DNA of 64,000 bases, from positions 10,115-74,114 of the forward strand of contig JBILQJ010000004.1 of the NCBI GenBank assembly GCA_044373325.1, written 5' to 3'. The first letter of the stretch is position 1. Every line of letters starts with the position of its first letter. The notes below the pieces were generated by a model. That model saw nothing but the letters and a program-made list of their open reading frames with translations, was not told where the DNA came from and did not search any database. This stretch comes from Burkholderiales bacterium (GTDB lineage Bacteria > Pseudomonadota > Gammaproteobacteria > Burkholderiales > JBILQJ01). Below are positions 29,885 through 40,292 of this stretch, piece by piece. The position numbers were made by a program, and so were the translations under genes.

Positions 29885-31657
29885 ATGCTTAACACAACAC
29901 TCAATACCGATATTGCGGCGCTTCCAACTCAGCCGCGCATCATCTGCCGTTCGTTTTCTGCCGAAAATACATCGAGTTTGATTGCCGCAGGCGCGCATCC
30001 TGTTTTGGCCAAATTGTATGCGGCGCGAGGCTTGACCCAAGCCAGTGATTTGGATTTGTCTTTAAACGCTTTGTTGCCGTTTCAGTTGCTGAAAGGCATT
30101 TCTGCTGCGGTGGCGCGATTGCAGCAAGCCATTGCTTTGCAAGAATTGATTTTGATTGTGGCCGACTATGATGCCGATGGCGCAACCGCCTGTGCGGTGG
30201 CCATGAAAGGCTTAAAAGCTTTGGGCGCTCGCGTGCATTTTGTGGTGCCGAATCGTTTTGAGTACGGTTATGGTTTAAGCCCAGAAATTGTGGATTTGGC
30301 CGCTCAATTTCAGCCTCAGTTAATTGTGACCGTGGATAACGGTATTGCCAGCGTCGCGGGTGTGGCCAGAGCGCAAGCCTTGGGCATAGATGTCTTGGTA
30401 ACCGATCATCATTTGCCAGGCGATGTCGTGCCCGATTGTATTATTGTGAATCCGAATCAAAAAGGGTGTGATTTTCCGTCCAAAAATTTGGCGGGCGTGG
30501 GCGTGATGTTTTATGTCTTGATGGCGTTGAGACACGCCCAAAGAGAAGCAGGTCTGTATGACGCGCAACCCCAGCCCAATTTGGCGGTGTTGTTGGATTT
30601 GGTGGCTTTAGGGACGGTGGCCGATTTGGTGAAATTGGACAAAAACAATCGCATTTTGGTTGAACAAGGATTGCGCCGCATTCGCGCAGGTAAAATTTGC
30701 GCAGGCATGGCGGCTTTGTTTGAGGTCGCTAAAAAATCGCCCCAAAAAGCACGCAGTGTCGATTTTGGGTTTTCTTTAGGGCCGCGACTCAATGCGGCTG
30801 GGCGTTTAGACGACATGAGTTTGGGGATTGCCTGTTTGTTGAGTGACAGCCCGCAACAAGCCTTGGATTTGGCGCATGAACTCGATGAGTTGAACCGCGA
30901 ACGTCGCCAAATTGAAAGCGTCATGAAAGAAGAAGCCTTGCAAAGCCTAGAAACGCTTGCGGCCAACCTTGAGGCCGCCAAGTTGACCAACAACGTCGAA
31001 CAAACGGCTTACAGCATCAGTTTATTTCATCCCGATTGGCATCAAGGCGTGGTGGGTATCGTGGCCAGTCGTGTCAAAGAATTGCACCATCGCCCGTGTT
31101 TGATTTTTGCACCTGTTGCGGACAGTCAAGAAATTCGAGGCTCGGGGCGCTCGATAGAAGGCTTTCATTTGCGAGATGCCTTAGATTTGTTGAGTAAACG
31201 CCACCCAGCCTTAATTTTAAAATTTGGGGGGCACGCCATGGCCGCCGGGTTGAGTTTACGCGCCCAAGATTTTGAGTTTTTTCAGCGTGAATTTGAAGCC
31301 GTCGCGGCCAGTTTGTTAACCGTTGACAGTTTGACGCGTTCGATGCACATAGACGGGAGTTTGTCTGCTCAACATTTGAATTTGAAAACTGCCACTTTGC
31401 TGAACGAGACGGTTTGGGGGCAAGGATTTTTGCCACCTTTGTTTCAAGATGCGTTTGAAGTGGTTAATCAAAAAAGAGTGGGGACCAATCACCTTAAAGC
31501 CACCTTAAGAAAAGAAGGCGTTGAATTTGGGGCCATGTGTTTCAATCGCACCGATTTTTTTCCGCTAAGCATCAAAGCGGTGTATCAAATGGTGGCCAAT
31601 GAATGGCGAGGTGGCGTCGAATTGCAATTGTATTTGGAACAAGTCGAAGCCACTTAA
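29885..31657 (+). CDS. recJ: single-stranded-DNA-specific exonuclease RecJ
   Basis: DHH-family motifs VADYDADGATA, VTVDNG, LVTDHH and GGHAMAAG. Confidence 0.9.
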   Translation: MLNTTLNTDIAALPTQPRIICRSFSAENTSSLIAAGAHPVLAKLYAARGLTQASDLDLSLNALLPFQLLKGISAAVARLQQAIALQELILIVADYDADGATACAVAMKGLKALGARVHFVVPNRFEYGYGLSPEIVDLAAQFQPQLIVTVDNGIASVAGVARAQALGIDVLVTDHHLPGDVVPDCIIVNPNQKGCDFPSKNLAGVGVMFYVLMALRHAQREAGLYDAQPQPNLAVLLDLVALGTVADLVKLDKNNRILVEQGLRRIRAGKICAGMAALFEVAKKSPQKARSVDFGFSLGPRLNAAGRLDDMSLGIACLLSDSPQQALDLAHELDELNRERRQIESVMKEEALQSLETLAANLEAAKLTNNVEQTAYSISLFHPDWHQGVVGIVASRVKELHHRPCLIFAPVADSQEIRGSGRSIEGFHLRDALDLLSKRHPALILKFGGHAMAAGLSLRAQDFEFFQREFEAVAASLLTVDSLTRSMHIDGSLSAQHLNLKTATLLNETVWGQGFLPPLFQDAFEVVNQKRVGTNHLKATLRKEGVEFGAMCFNRTDFFPLSIKAVYQMVANEWRGGVELQLYLEQVEAT

Positions 31658-31725
31658 ATCCGATACGCCACATGAAGTTCTGGCAAAATTCATGCGCCAG
31701 TTTTTGGCTTGCGGCCAACCTTGAA

Positions 31726-32454
31726 TCAAGAGGAACACAGTTCTTTTTGTTCGGTCCAATGCTCGGCGCGTTGATTGGCGATGGCCAAGTTTTCTGGGGT
31801 AAGCACTTGGCTGGTTGCGCCCCAAGCGATGAGTTCGTTGGCCAATAAAACGGTTTGGCTGAAACCTGTGCGGACTTGATTAAAATCGTGCAAAACCGCC
31901 AGCACCGTTTTGCCTTGTGCTGGCCAAGTTTGCACCAAAGCCAACAAATCTTCGGTGGTTTTGCTGTCTATGGCGTTAAAAGGTTCGTCTAAAATAATGA
32001 CTTGTGCATTTTGCACCAAAATTCGGGCAAACAGCACGCGCTGAAATTGGCCACGCGACAGCGCCGCAATGGATTTGCCGCTAAAATCCACCAAGCCCAC
32101 TTGATCTAAAGCGTGCATAATGCGTTCGCGCTGGGCAGCGTTAAGACTTTGAAAAACGCCAATTTCGTGCCACAAACCCATGGCCACCAAATCAAACACA
32201 GACAAAGGCAAACTGCGGTCAATTTCGGCTTGTTGCGGTAAATAAGCAATATCCGCGTGAGTGATTTTGCCCAAATTCACTTGCCCAGATTGTATGGGCA
32301 GCAAGCCTAAAATGGCCTTGAGTAGACTGGACTTGCCCGCGCCATTGGGGCCAACAATGGCCGTGGCCAATTGGGGTTGAAAGGTGCCGCTGATGTGATG
32401 GACAGCAGGGTAACGATCATAAGAAACCGTCAAATTCTGTAGCGTGATAGTCAT
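31726..32454 (-). CDS. metal (Zn/Mn)-type ABC transporter ATP-binding protein, ZnuC-like; no permease or binding-protein gene adjacent
   Basis: Walker A GPNGAGKSS, signature LSRGQFQRV, Walker B IILDEP. Confidence 0.7.
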   Translation of the reverse strand: MTITLQNLTVSYDRYPAVHHISGTFQPQLATAIVGPNGAGKSSLLKAILGLLPIQSGQVNLGKITHADIAYLPQQAEIDRSLPLSVFDLVAMGLWHEIGVFQSLNAAQRERIMHALDQVGLVDFSGKSIAALSRGQFQRVLFARILVQNAQVIILDEPFNAIDSKTTEDLLALVQTWPAQGKTVLAVLHDFNQVRTGFSQTVLLANELIAWGATSQVLTPENLAIANQRAEHWTEQKELCSS

Positions 32455-32804
32455 GAGTAAAAGCGTTCGTTCTGTCAGTCTGTGGTTGATAAAAAACAGT
32501 CAAAATTGTCAAAAAATGTAAATAAATCAATAAAGTTAGACAAAAATAAAAACCGAATTGCCCGAACAATACCGCAAGCCTGACTCAAAGGCAAATAAAT
32601 ATCCGCCGCTTGAATTGTCTGGAATAAGCGCGGTTTGGGGCCAAAAAGGTTGGCCGCAATCAGATTTATTCGGCTTGCCCATTTTAGACTACTGTCATTT
32701 AGTGTATGATGATATTCAATCCGTTTTTAAAGTGAAACGGCGTTTTTTTGCGCCATTCCTTATCGCCATGACCACCCACCTAATGAGATGAATCGATTTA
32801 GACC

Positions 32805-35117
32805 ATGAAAATTAATATGAAAATGAGTATGAAAAAAAAGACAGCGGCCTTGGCCGTGTCGGTTTTGTTTTCTGCCCCAAGCTGGGCATTTAATGATTTT
32901 GTCATTAAAAATATTCGCGTAGAAGGCCTACAACGTACCGAAATTGGCACGGTTTACAGTTATTTGCCTGTGAAAGTGGGCGATACGTTTACCGACCAAA
33001 AATCGAACGAAGCCGTTAAAGCCTTATTCGAGACGGGATTTTTTAATGACGTTCGAGTGGAAGTGTTGGGTAACGATGTGATTTTATCTGTCGATGAGCG
33101 CCCCGTTATCGCCGAAATCAAAGTCACTGGCGGCCAAGACATTGGCGATAAAGACGTGTTGGCCACTTTAAAAAAAAATGGGTTTGCTGAATCCCGTATT
33201 TTAGATGAGGCCAGTTTGAAAGCCGCCATAGAAGAACTCAAACGCCAATACGCGTCGCTGGGCAAATACGATGCCGTGGTGACGTATGAAGTGACCAAAC
33301 TCGAGCGCAATCGGGCAGCCGTGGCGGTAAAAATCAAAGAAGGCGAAACCGCCAGCATTGTTGACATTAGCATCTTAGGCGCAGAAGCTTACAGCACCAG
33401 CGAGCTTAGGGACTTAATGACCTTGAGTACTCAAGATTGGTTGTCTTGGTTCACCAAAGACGATCGCTACGCCAAACAAAAATTGGCAGGCGATTTAGAA
33501 ACGATACGCGCTTTGTACCAAAACAACGGTTATTTAGATTTTTCTTTGGACAGCAGCCAAGTGGAAATGTCGCCTGACAAGAAAAACATTTATTTAACAA
33601 TCGCCTTGACTGAGGGCAAACAATACAAAGTCAATGAATTAAAAATCAGCGGTGACACCAAAGTCAGCGTGGATGAATTGCGTCCTTTGGTGAATTTAAA
33701 AACAGGCAGCGTCTTTAATCGCGAAGAGTTGAACGCGGGCATCAGTTTAATCAACGATAGACTGGGCGAAGAAGGTTATTCTATGGCCAACGTGAATGTC
33801 CGTCCCTTGATTAATCGCGATAAGCAAACCGTTGATTTGAATTTGGTAGTCGAGCCTGGCCGCGTGACTTATGTGAAAACCATACAAATTGCAGGCAATA
33901 CCCGCACGCGTGACGAAGTCATTCGTCGCGAATTGCGCCAATTGGAGGCGGCACGTTTTAACAGCGCCGCCTTAAAACGCAGCAAAGAACGCTTGCAGAT
34001 TTTGGGCTATTTTGATGATGTGCGCATAGACACCAAACCCGTAGCAGGCTCGCCCGATCAAGTAGACGTATTCATTACCGTCAAAGAACGCAGTACGGGT
34101 AATGTGTCGGCAGGGATTGGTTATGTACAAAATGAAGGCTTGCAATTTAACGCCGCCATTTCTCAATCCAATATTTTTGGTTCAGGTAAAGCCTTGTCAT
34201 TTGGGGTGAATACGGGCGACGTCAACAAAAGTGCCAATTTGTCGTTTTCCGATCCCTATTACAACAACGAAGGCATGAGTTTGGGTTATGATTTATACGC
34301 GCGTCGTTACAGCCCCGATGAAAATGACACTCAACAATACAGTACCGATACCGTTGGCGCTGCGATTCGTTGGGGTGTACCAATTACAGAATATGACCGA
34401 GTCAATTTCAGTTTGGGTGCAGAACAAGTTGAAGTCACGTTAACGCCAACCAGCCCTTCGCAATACATCCGCTTTGTGGAGCAAAATGGCGATAAAAACC
34501 TAACGTATTTGGGTTCGGTAAGTTGGGGGCGTGACAAACGCGACAGTGCCATTTGGCCAACGAAAGGCTACACAACGAGTTTGCGTGCCGATGGCGGCTT
34601 GCCAGGTGGCGATTTACAATATTATCGTTTTACGGCGAGTCAGCAATGGTTTTTCCCTGTGACCAAATCGGTGACTTGGGCGATAGGTGGTAATCTTGGT
34701 TATGCCGATCCTTATGGCGACACTGAATTTTTACCCTTCTTCCAAAACTTTTACGGCGGCGGCATCGGTTCGGTGCGTGGGTTTGAATCCAGCTCGTTAG
34801 GCCCTCTCGATCCAAGTACAGGCGATTCTTTGGGCGGTACGCGCAAAGCGACTTTTTCAACCGAGTTTTTGTTTCCTATGCCAGGCATGAAAGATGACCG
34901 CAGTGTGCGGGTAAGCGCCTTTGTAGATGGTGGCGCCATTTGGGATCCTTTGTATCAAGGAAGCACGTTTAACGAAGATTTCCGTTATTCGGCAGGTTTG
35001 GCTTTGGCTTGGTTGTCGCCCGTTGGCCCGATTAAACTCAGTTATGCTTACCCCATCAACGACAAGCCCGGCGATCAAGTCGAGCGCTTCCAGTTTACTT
35101 TAGGTTCAACCTTTTAA
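32805..35117 (+). CDS. bamA: outer-membrane protein assembly factor BamA
   Basis: 770 aa with a signal peptide, five POTRA-like repeats and a C-terminal barrel ending in ...FQFTLGSTF. Confidence 0.95.
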   Translation: MKINMKMSMKKKTAALAVSVLFSAPSWAFNDFVIKNIRVEGLQRTEIGTVYSYLPVKVGDTFTDQKSNEAVKALFETGFFNDVRVEVLGNDVILSVDERPVIAEIKVTGGQDIGDKDVLATLKKNGFAESRILDEASLKAAIEELKRQYASLGKYDAVVTYEVTKLERNRAAVAVKIKEGETASIVDISILGAEAYSTSELRDLMTLSTQDWLSWFTKDDRYAKQKLAGDLETIRALYQNNGYLDFSLDSSQVEMSPDKKNIYLTIALTEGKQYKVNELKISGDTKVSVDELRPLVNLKTGSVFNREELNAGISLINDRLGEEGYSMANVNVRPLINRDKQTVDLNLVVEPGRVTYVKTIQIAGNTRTRDEVIRRELRQLEAARFNSAALKRSKERLQILGYFDDVRIDTKPVAGSPDQVDVFITVKERSTGNVSAGIGYVQNEGLQFNAAISQSNIFGSGKALSFGVNTGDVNKSANLSFSDPYYNNEGMSLGYDLYARRYSPDENDTQQYSTDTVGAAIRWGVPITEYDRVNFSLGAEQVEVTLTPTSPSQYIRFVEQNGDKNLTYLGSVSWGRDKRDSAIWPTKGYTTSLRADGGLPGGDLQYYRFTASQQWFFPVTKSVTWAIGGNLGYADPYGDTEFLPFFQNFYGGGIGSVRGFESSSLGPLDPSTGDSLGGTRKATFSTEFLFPMPGMKDDRSVRVSAFVDGGAIWDPLYQGSTFNEDFRYSAGLALAWLSPVGPIKLSYAYPINDKPGDQVERFQFTLGSTF

Positions 35118-35141
35118 TTTTACGCATTAGAGAATTTTCTT

Positions 35142-35175
35142 TGTGGCCAACGTTGGCTTAATTACGTTGGCCACA
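35142..35175 (+). terminator. rho-independent terminator built from a diverged copy of the palindromic 12-mer
   Basis: tgtggccaacgt-tggcttaatt-acgttggccaca followed by gtttttt. Confidence 0.75.
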
Positions 35176-35235
35176 GTTTTTTATTGCACAACCATGAGCC
35201 AATAAAAATCGACCGATTAAAATAAGGAAAATGCA

Positions 35236-36303
35236 ATGAAGTTATCTGAAATCATTTTGGCTTTAAGCCCTCAAACCCCTGCAAGTTGGCATGGGGCGGA
35301 CAAAGAAATTGACAGCATTGCACCTTTGGAGGAAGCAGAACAAGGGACGCTGACTTTTTTGAGTAATCCCAAGTTGAAGGCGGCCTTACAAACCACGCAA
35401 GCCGAAGCAGTGATTGTGTCGCCCGATTTTTTAGAAGAGGCCCTCGCCTTGGGCTTGAGTTGCATTGTGACGCAAGAACCGTACTTGTATTTTGCAAAAG
35501 TGGCTGCTTTGTTGCGTCCCGTGGTTAAAAAAACCGCAGGCGTGCATGCCAGCGCAGTGATTGGGCATGAAACGGTTTTGGGTGCAGGGACGCACATCGG
35601 CGCGTTGGCGGTGGTAGGCGATTCGGTGCGCATGGGGCGTGATTGCGTGATTCATGCTCATGCGGTCATCGGCGATGGCGTGGTGCTGGGCGATGAGGTG
35701 GTGGTTTACCCCAACGTGACGATATACGAAGGCTGTCATATTGGAAATCGGGTGATTTTGCATTCGGGCTGTGTGATTGGCGCGGATGGCTTTGGTTTGG
35801 CTTGGGATAAAGATCATTGGTTTAAAATTCCTCAAACAGGCGCGGTTGTGTTGGGCGATGATGTTGAAATTGGTGCAAACACCACGGTAGATCGAGGTAC
35901 CTTGCGCGATACTGTGATTGAAAACGATGTCAAAATTGATAATTTGGTGCAAGTCGCGCACAATGTGCACATAGGCGAACACACGGCGATTGCAGGTTGC
36001 ACGGGCATAGCTGGCAGTGCGCACATTGGTAAAAATTGTATTTTGGGCGGTGCTGTTATGATGATTGGCCACATCAATATTGCAGACAAAACACACATAG
36101 GCGGCGGCACTTTGGTGTCCAAATCCATCAAAAAAGCTGGGCATTATGCGTCTTCTTTTCCGCTTTCTAGTGCCAAAGATTGGGTGAAAAATGCCGCCCA
36201 TTTGAGGCGCTTAGACGATTGGGTGCATAGAATCCAAGCCTTAGAAAAAGCCAGTGTTGCCCAAGACCGCGCTGAAAAAAGCACGGAACATCATTCCGAA
36301 TAA
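35236..36303 (+). CDS. lpxD: UDP-3-O-acylglucosamine N-acyltransferase
   Basis: Left-handed beta-helix hexapeptide repeats throughout and an N-terminal LpxD domain. Confidence 0.9.
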   Translation: MKLSEIILALSPQTPASWHGADKEIDSIAPLEEAEQGTLTFLSNPKLKAALQTTQAEAVIVSPDFLEEALALGLSCIVTQEPYLYFAKVAALLRPVVKKTAGVHASAVIGHETVLGAGTHIGALAVVGDSVRMGRDCVIHAHAVIGDGVVLGDEVVVYPNVTIYEGCHIGNRVILHSGCVIGADGFGLAWDKDHWFKIPQTGAVVLGDDVEIGANTTVDRGTLRDTVIENDVKIDNLVQVAHNVHIGEHTAIAGCTGIAGSAHIGKNCILGGAVMMIGHINIADKTHIGGGTLVSKSIKKAGHYASSFPLSSAKDWVKNAAHLRRLDDWVHRIQALEKASVAQDRAEKSTEHHSE

Positions 36304-36318
36304 TCAAGGGGAAAACTT

Positions 36319-36843
36319 ATGCTAGACCGTGAAGGTTATCGCCCCAATGTCGGTATTATCATCATCAATCAACACCAAAAAGTGTTTTGGGGAAAGCGGA
36401 TTACGGGGCATTCGTGGCAATTTCCGCAAGGGGGCATTAAACCAGGCGAAAGCCCTGAATCGGCGATGTATCGAGAATTGTACGAAGAAGTGGGTTTGTT
36501 GCCACAGCACGTGCGCATTTTGGGGCGTACTCGCGATTGGCTAAGATACGACGTGCCTTATAATTGGGTGCGGCGCGAATGGCGCGGCAGTTATCGCGGC
36601 CAAAAGCAAATTTGGTATTTGTTGCGTATGGTGGGGCAAGACAGTGATTTTTATTTTTGCACCAGTGACAAACCCGAATTTGATGGCTGGCGTTGGATAG
36701 ATTATTGGGCGTCTATTGATGAAGTCATCGACTTCAAACAAGAAGTGTATTTGCAAGCGCTGACCGAATTGTCACGATATGCCCGTCCAGCTGAAAGTTA
36801 TGCTGATTATGTGCGTTTACAGGCTGAAAAAAATAAGCGTTGA
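36319..36843 (+). CDS. rppH: RNA pyrophosphohydrolase (Nudix)
   Basis: Nudix box [23 protein letters not shown] with an RppH-like N-terminus [15 protein letters not shown]. Confidence 0.9.
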   Translation: MLDREGYRPNVGIIIINQHQKVFWGKRITGHSWQFPQGGIKPGESPESAMYRELYEEVGLLPQHVRILGRTRDWLRYDVPYNWVRREWRGSYRGQKQIWYLLRMVGQDSDFYFCTSDKPEFDGWRWIDYWASIDEVIDFKQEVYLQALTELSRYARPAESYADYVRLQAEKNKR

Positions 36844-36877
36844 TGGGTTTGATTTTAAGAATAAAAAGGAAATAAAG

Positions 36878-37627
36878 ATGCCCCGTTTTTTTGTGGAAAT
36901 GTCTTTAAAAGTGGGCGAATTGGTGACCTTGCCTGATGAAGTGGTGCGGCACATCCAAGTGCTGCGCCAACGCGAAGGCGATGTCCTCACTTTGTTTAAT
37001 GGCCAGCGCTCTGATGAAGTCGAGGGCGAATATCAAGCCCAATTGATTAGCCTAGAAAAACGCCGCGCCACCGCTTTGGTGACCGAATTTGTGGCCACCA
37101 AGCGCGAATCGCCCTTGGTGTTGAGCTTGGCACAAAGTTTGTCCAGCGGTGACAAAATGGAATTTACCATACAAAAAGCGGTCGAATTGGGCGTGACGGT
37201 TATCCAGCCTTTGGTGACGCAACGCTGTGTTTTAAAAGTCAGCGCCGACAAAGAAGCCAAAAAATTGGCGCGTTGGCGTGATATTGTGATGTCGGCTTGC
37301 GAACAATCGGGGCGTAATGTCATCCCAGAATTGCGCAATATCATGACTTTAAATGATTTTTTGTCAGGCTTGCCTCAACCTTCACCTGAGAACTTGCGTT
37401 TGTTATTGTCGCCCACGGGGGCGCAAGGCTTGCGCGCGATTGCAGGTCAGCCCAAAAATATTTGGTTAATGGCAGGCCCCGAAGGCGGTTTGACACCGCA
37501 AGAAGAAAGTTTGATCTTGGGTTCTGGTTGGCAAGCTTTGCAGCTGGGCGCACGCATTTTGCGGACGGAAACCGCCGCGTTGGCCGCCGTGTCGGCTTTA
37601 CAAGCAAAATTTGGTGATTTTGATTGA
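36878..37627 (+). CDS. rsmE: 16S rRNA (uracil1498-N3)-methyltransferase
   Basis: MPRFFVE... N-terminus and a C-terminal SPOUT knot, GPEGGLTPQEE...LGARILRTETA. Confidence 0.85.
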   Translation: MPRFFVEMSLKVGELVTLPDEVVRHIQVLRQREGDVLTLFNGQRSDEVEGEYQAQLISLEKRRATALVTEFVATKRESPLVLSLAQSLSSGDKMEFTIQKAVELGVTVIQPLVTQRCVLKVSADKEAKKLARWRDIVMSACEQSGRNVIPELRNIMTLNDFLSGLPQPSPENLRLLLSPTGAQGLRAIAGQPKNIWLMAGPEGGLTPQEESLILGSGWQALQLGARILRTETAALAAVSALQAKFGDFD

Positions 37628-37651
37628 TTTGAAGAACCCCCTTAAAACCGC

Positions 37652-37700
37652 TTGCGGCCAACCTTTTTTCCAAAATGTCAGGGAAAAAGGTTGGCCGCAA
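37652..37700. repeat. inverted pair of the 12-mer
   Basis: ttgcggccaacc-ttttttccaaaatgtcagggaaaaa-ggttggccgcaa. Confidence 0.9.
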
Positions 37701-37722
37701 GGTTGTTTGACGGTTGTCGGCG

Positions 37723-38412
37723 TTATTGTTTGATGAGTAAAGTAATGCCATCGCCCACAGGCAACACGCAATGCACAAAACGCGGGTCGTTGACCAAATC
37801 GGCGTTGAGGCGGTTGATGATGACATCGCCCGTCATTTTGCCCACGCGTGGCTGGGCGGCTTTGCCCGACAAAAAAACATTGTCCACTAAAATCAAGCCG
37901 CCTTGTTTGATTAAGGGATAAATGGTCTCTAAATACAAAGGATAGCTGGGTTTGTCCGCATCAATAAAAGCCATGTCAAAAGGGTCGGGATTGCTCGCGG
38001 CCAAAGTTAACAACGTGTCGATGGCGGGCGCAACGTGTAACTCGATTTTGTGGCTCACGCCAGCTTGCGCCCAATATTGCCGCGCCATGTTGGTAAAATC
38101 GGCGCTTTGGTCGCAGGCCACGATGCGGCCTTCTTCGGGCATGGCCAAAGCCACCGTTAAGGCGCTGTAGCCTGTAAAAACGCCGATTTCTAAATAGCGT
38201 TTGACCCCCAATAATTTGACCAGCCAAGCCATAAAATGCCCTTGTTCGGGCGCAATTTGCATGACGGCGTAGGGATTTTCTTGGGCGGTGGCCTCGCGTA
38301 GGGCGGCCAAAACAGGGTGTTCTGCTGGGCTGATAGACAGCAAATAAGGGTGTAATACGTCGTCTAAGGCCAAAGTTCGATTCATAAAAACGTCCATTAA
38401 AAAAGGATTCAA
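37723..38412 (-). CDS. class I SAM-dependent O-methyltransferase (caffeoyl-CoA OMT-like family)
   Basis: YLEIGVFTGYSAL, FIDADK. Confidence 0.65.
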   Translation of the reverse strand: MNPFLMDVFMNRTLALDDVLHPYLLSISPAEHPVLAALREATAQENPYAVMQIAPEQGHFMAWLVKLLGVKRYLEIGVFTGYSALTVALAMPEEGRIVACDQSADFTNMARQYWAQAGVSHKIELHVAPAIDTLLTLAASNPDPFDMAFIDADKPSYPLYLETIYPLIKQGGLILVDNVFLSGKAAQPRVGKMTGDVIINRLNADLVNDPRFVHCVLPVGDGITLLIKQ

Positions 38413-38561
38413 GCGGAAAAGAAGCGATTGTATCGCAAAATGAGGCTGGCAAGTAATGCGCGACTTTTTGCGCAGTGTGACAAAAAAAGATATAATGCTG
38501 TTTTTGCACGTCTTAGCCCCATTGTTTGAGGTTGAGACGTCTTTTTATAGGAGGAGTTCCC

Positions 38562-40022
38562 ATGCGTGTTATACAAAAAGCCTACACTTTTGACGATGTT
38601 TTGTTAGTCCCTGCGCACTCTAACGTGCTGCCGAGAGACGTGTTGTTAACCACACGCTTAACTCGTCGAATTGGGTTAAATTTGCCCTTATTGTCTGCCG
38701 CAATGGATACGGTGACCGAGGCGCGCTTGGCCATTTCTATGGCGCAAGAAGGCGGCATCGGCATCATACACAAAAATTTATCTCCTTCTGAACAAGCCAG
38801 AAAAGTCATGAAAGTCAAACGCCACGAAAGCGGCATCGTTAAAGATCCCATCACCATTTCGCCCGATTTGTTGGTGGGTGATGTCATTCAATTGACGCAA
38901 TTGCATAAAATTTCGGGTTTGCCTGTGGTTGAAAATGGCCGCGTGGTGGGCATCGTCACCAATCGCGATTTGCGTTTTGAAACGCGCCACAGCCAAACCG
39001 TGCGCAGCATCATGACGCCGCGCGCAGATTTAATTGTGGTGCAAGAAGGCGACAGCATCGAATTGGCGCGCGCCTTGATGCACGAGCATCGCATCGAACG
39101 CGTGTTGGTGTTGGGTGACAACGACAAATTAAAAGGCTTGATTACCGTCAAAGACATTTTAAAAACCAGCGCGCACCCCTTTGCCAACAAAGATGATCAA
39201 GGCCGCTTGCGCGTGGGCGCGGCGGTTGGTACGGGTGCAGATACCGAAGAACGCGTTGAAAAACTGGTGGCCGCAGGCGTTGATGTCATTATTGTTGACA
39301 CCGCGCACGGCCACAGCCAAGGCGTCCTTGACCGCGTGCGCTGGATTAAAAACACCTATCCAGCCGTTGATGTTATCGGTGGCAACATCGCCACAGCAGC
39401 GGCGGCTTTGGCTTTGGTTGAAGCAGGTGCTGATGGCGTAAAAGTTGGCATCGGCCCAGGTTCTATTTGTACCACGCGCATCGTGGCGGGTGTGGGCGTG
39501 CCACAACTGACGGCCATACATAACGTGTCGGAAGCCTTAAAAGGCACGGGCGTACCGATGATAGCTGATGGCGGCATCCGTTTTTCGGGCGACATTGCCA
39601 AAGCCTTGGCCGCAGGCGCAGATTGTGTGATGTTGGGCGGTATGTTTGCAGGCACAGAAGAAGCCCCTGGTGAAATTGAATTGTACCAAGGCCGTTCTTA
39701 CAAATCGTATCGCGGCATGGGTTCGTTGGGCGCGATGAGCCAAGGCTCTAGCGATCGTTATTTTCAAGATGCCGCCGCAGGCGCAGACAAATTTGTGCCC
39801 GAAGGCATAGAAGGCCGCGTGCCGTACAAAGGCCCCATCGCCGCCGTCATCCATCAATTAATTGGCGGATTGCGTTCGTCTATGGGCTATTTGGGGTGCG
39901 CGTCTATTGCCGACATGCACGACAAAGCTGAATTTGTAGAAATCACCTCGGCAGGCATGCAAGAATCTCACGTGCATGATGTGCAAATCACCAAAGAAGC
40001 GCCCAATTATCAAATGCGTTAA
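38562..40022 (+). CDS. guaB: IMP dehydrogenase
   Basis: The ATG at 38562 follows the AGGAGG RBS. Has a CBS pair and the catalytic loop [12 protein letters not shown]. Confidence 0.95.
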   Translation: MRVIQKAYTFDDVLLVPAHSNVLPRDVLLTTRLTRRIGLNLPLLSAAMDTVTEARLAISMAQEGGIGIIHKNLSPSEQARKVMKVKRHESGIVKDPITISPDLLVGDVIQLTQLHKISGLPVVENGRVVGIVTNRDLRFETRHSQTVRSIMTPRADLIVVQEGDSIELARALMHEHRIERVLVLGDNDKLKGLITVKDILKTSAHPFANKDDQGRLRVGAAVGTGADTEERVEKLVAAGVDVIIVDTAHGHSQGVLDRVRWIKNTYPAVDVIGGNIATAAAALALVEAGADGVKVGIGPGSICTTRIVAGVGVPQLTAIHNVSEALKGTGVPMIADGGIRFSGDIAKALAAGADCVMLGGMFAGTEEAPGEIELYQGRSYKSYRGMGSLGAMSQGSSDRYFQDAAAGADKFVPEGIEGRVPYKGPIAAVIHQLIGGLRSSMGYLGCASIADMHDKAEFVEITSAGMQESHVHDVQITKEAPNYQMR

Positions 40023-40050
40023 ATTTGAGCCTTGATGCGCCTGTTTTGCC

Positions 40051-40100
40051 TTGCGGCCAACCTTTTTCTCGTGATTTTCACGTTAAAAGGTTGGCCGCAA
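40051..40100. repeat. inverted pair of the 12-mer, ACGTGAA-loop subfamily (inverted orientation)
   Basis: ttgcggccaacc-tttttctcgtgattttcacgttaaaa-ggttggccgcaa. Confidence 0.9.
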
Positions 40101-40126
40101 GATTTTGGCAATTTGCAAAGATGAGA

Positions 40127-40180
40127 GAAAATAAATAAATAAATGAATAAATGAATAAATGAATAAATGAATAAATAAAA
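40127..40180. repeat. AT-rich octamer tandem repeat (AATAAATG)x4-5 with degenerate flanks
   Basis: aaaataaataaataaatgaataaatgaataaatgaataaatgaataaataaaa. Confidence 0.8.
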
Positions 40181-40287
40181 ACCGCCGAGTCTCTAAGACG
40201 AAGGGCGGTTTTTTATTTTTTGTATCTTTTCACTAACGTGAATCAACTTGTTATCGAGAGACACACATTTTCTAATTTGCTAATAAG
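40176..40287 (-). ncRNA. predicted tracrRNA (ends approximate)
   Basis: Plus-strand 40264-40279 (cacattttctaatttg) is identical to 16 nt of the CRISPR repeat, so the minus-strand RNA carries the anti-repeat. Partial complementarity continues to the repeat 5' end (GTT, CGA). Downstream on the minus strand are the hairpin TTCAC-GTTA-GTGAA (40229-40242) and an intrinsic terminator ACCGCC...GGCGGT + TTTTT (40176-40209). A sigma70-like promoter lies upstream. Confidence 0.7.
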
Positions 40288-40292
40288 TTTGT

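Noticed and set aside
35431-36201. 256-aa ORF antisense to lpxD. Similar long shadow ORFs include 37976-38509, 38888-39655, 50921-51382, 56118-56588, 63001-63279 and 63316-63942.
   Set aside because: They lie opposite well-supported genes, have biased low-complexity composition (His/Arg/Cys or Pro/Val runs), and lack an RBS. They are antisense artefacts of hexapeptide-repeat or Gly/Thr-rich coding DNA.
40245-40290. The repeat-like sequence upstream of cas9 could be a decayed orphan CRISPR repeat.
   Set aside because: This was considered. A correctly placed promoter, a hairpin and a terminator on the minus strand fit a tracrRNA better. It remains the alternative hypothesis noted in the tracrRNA finding.
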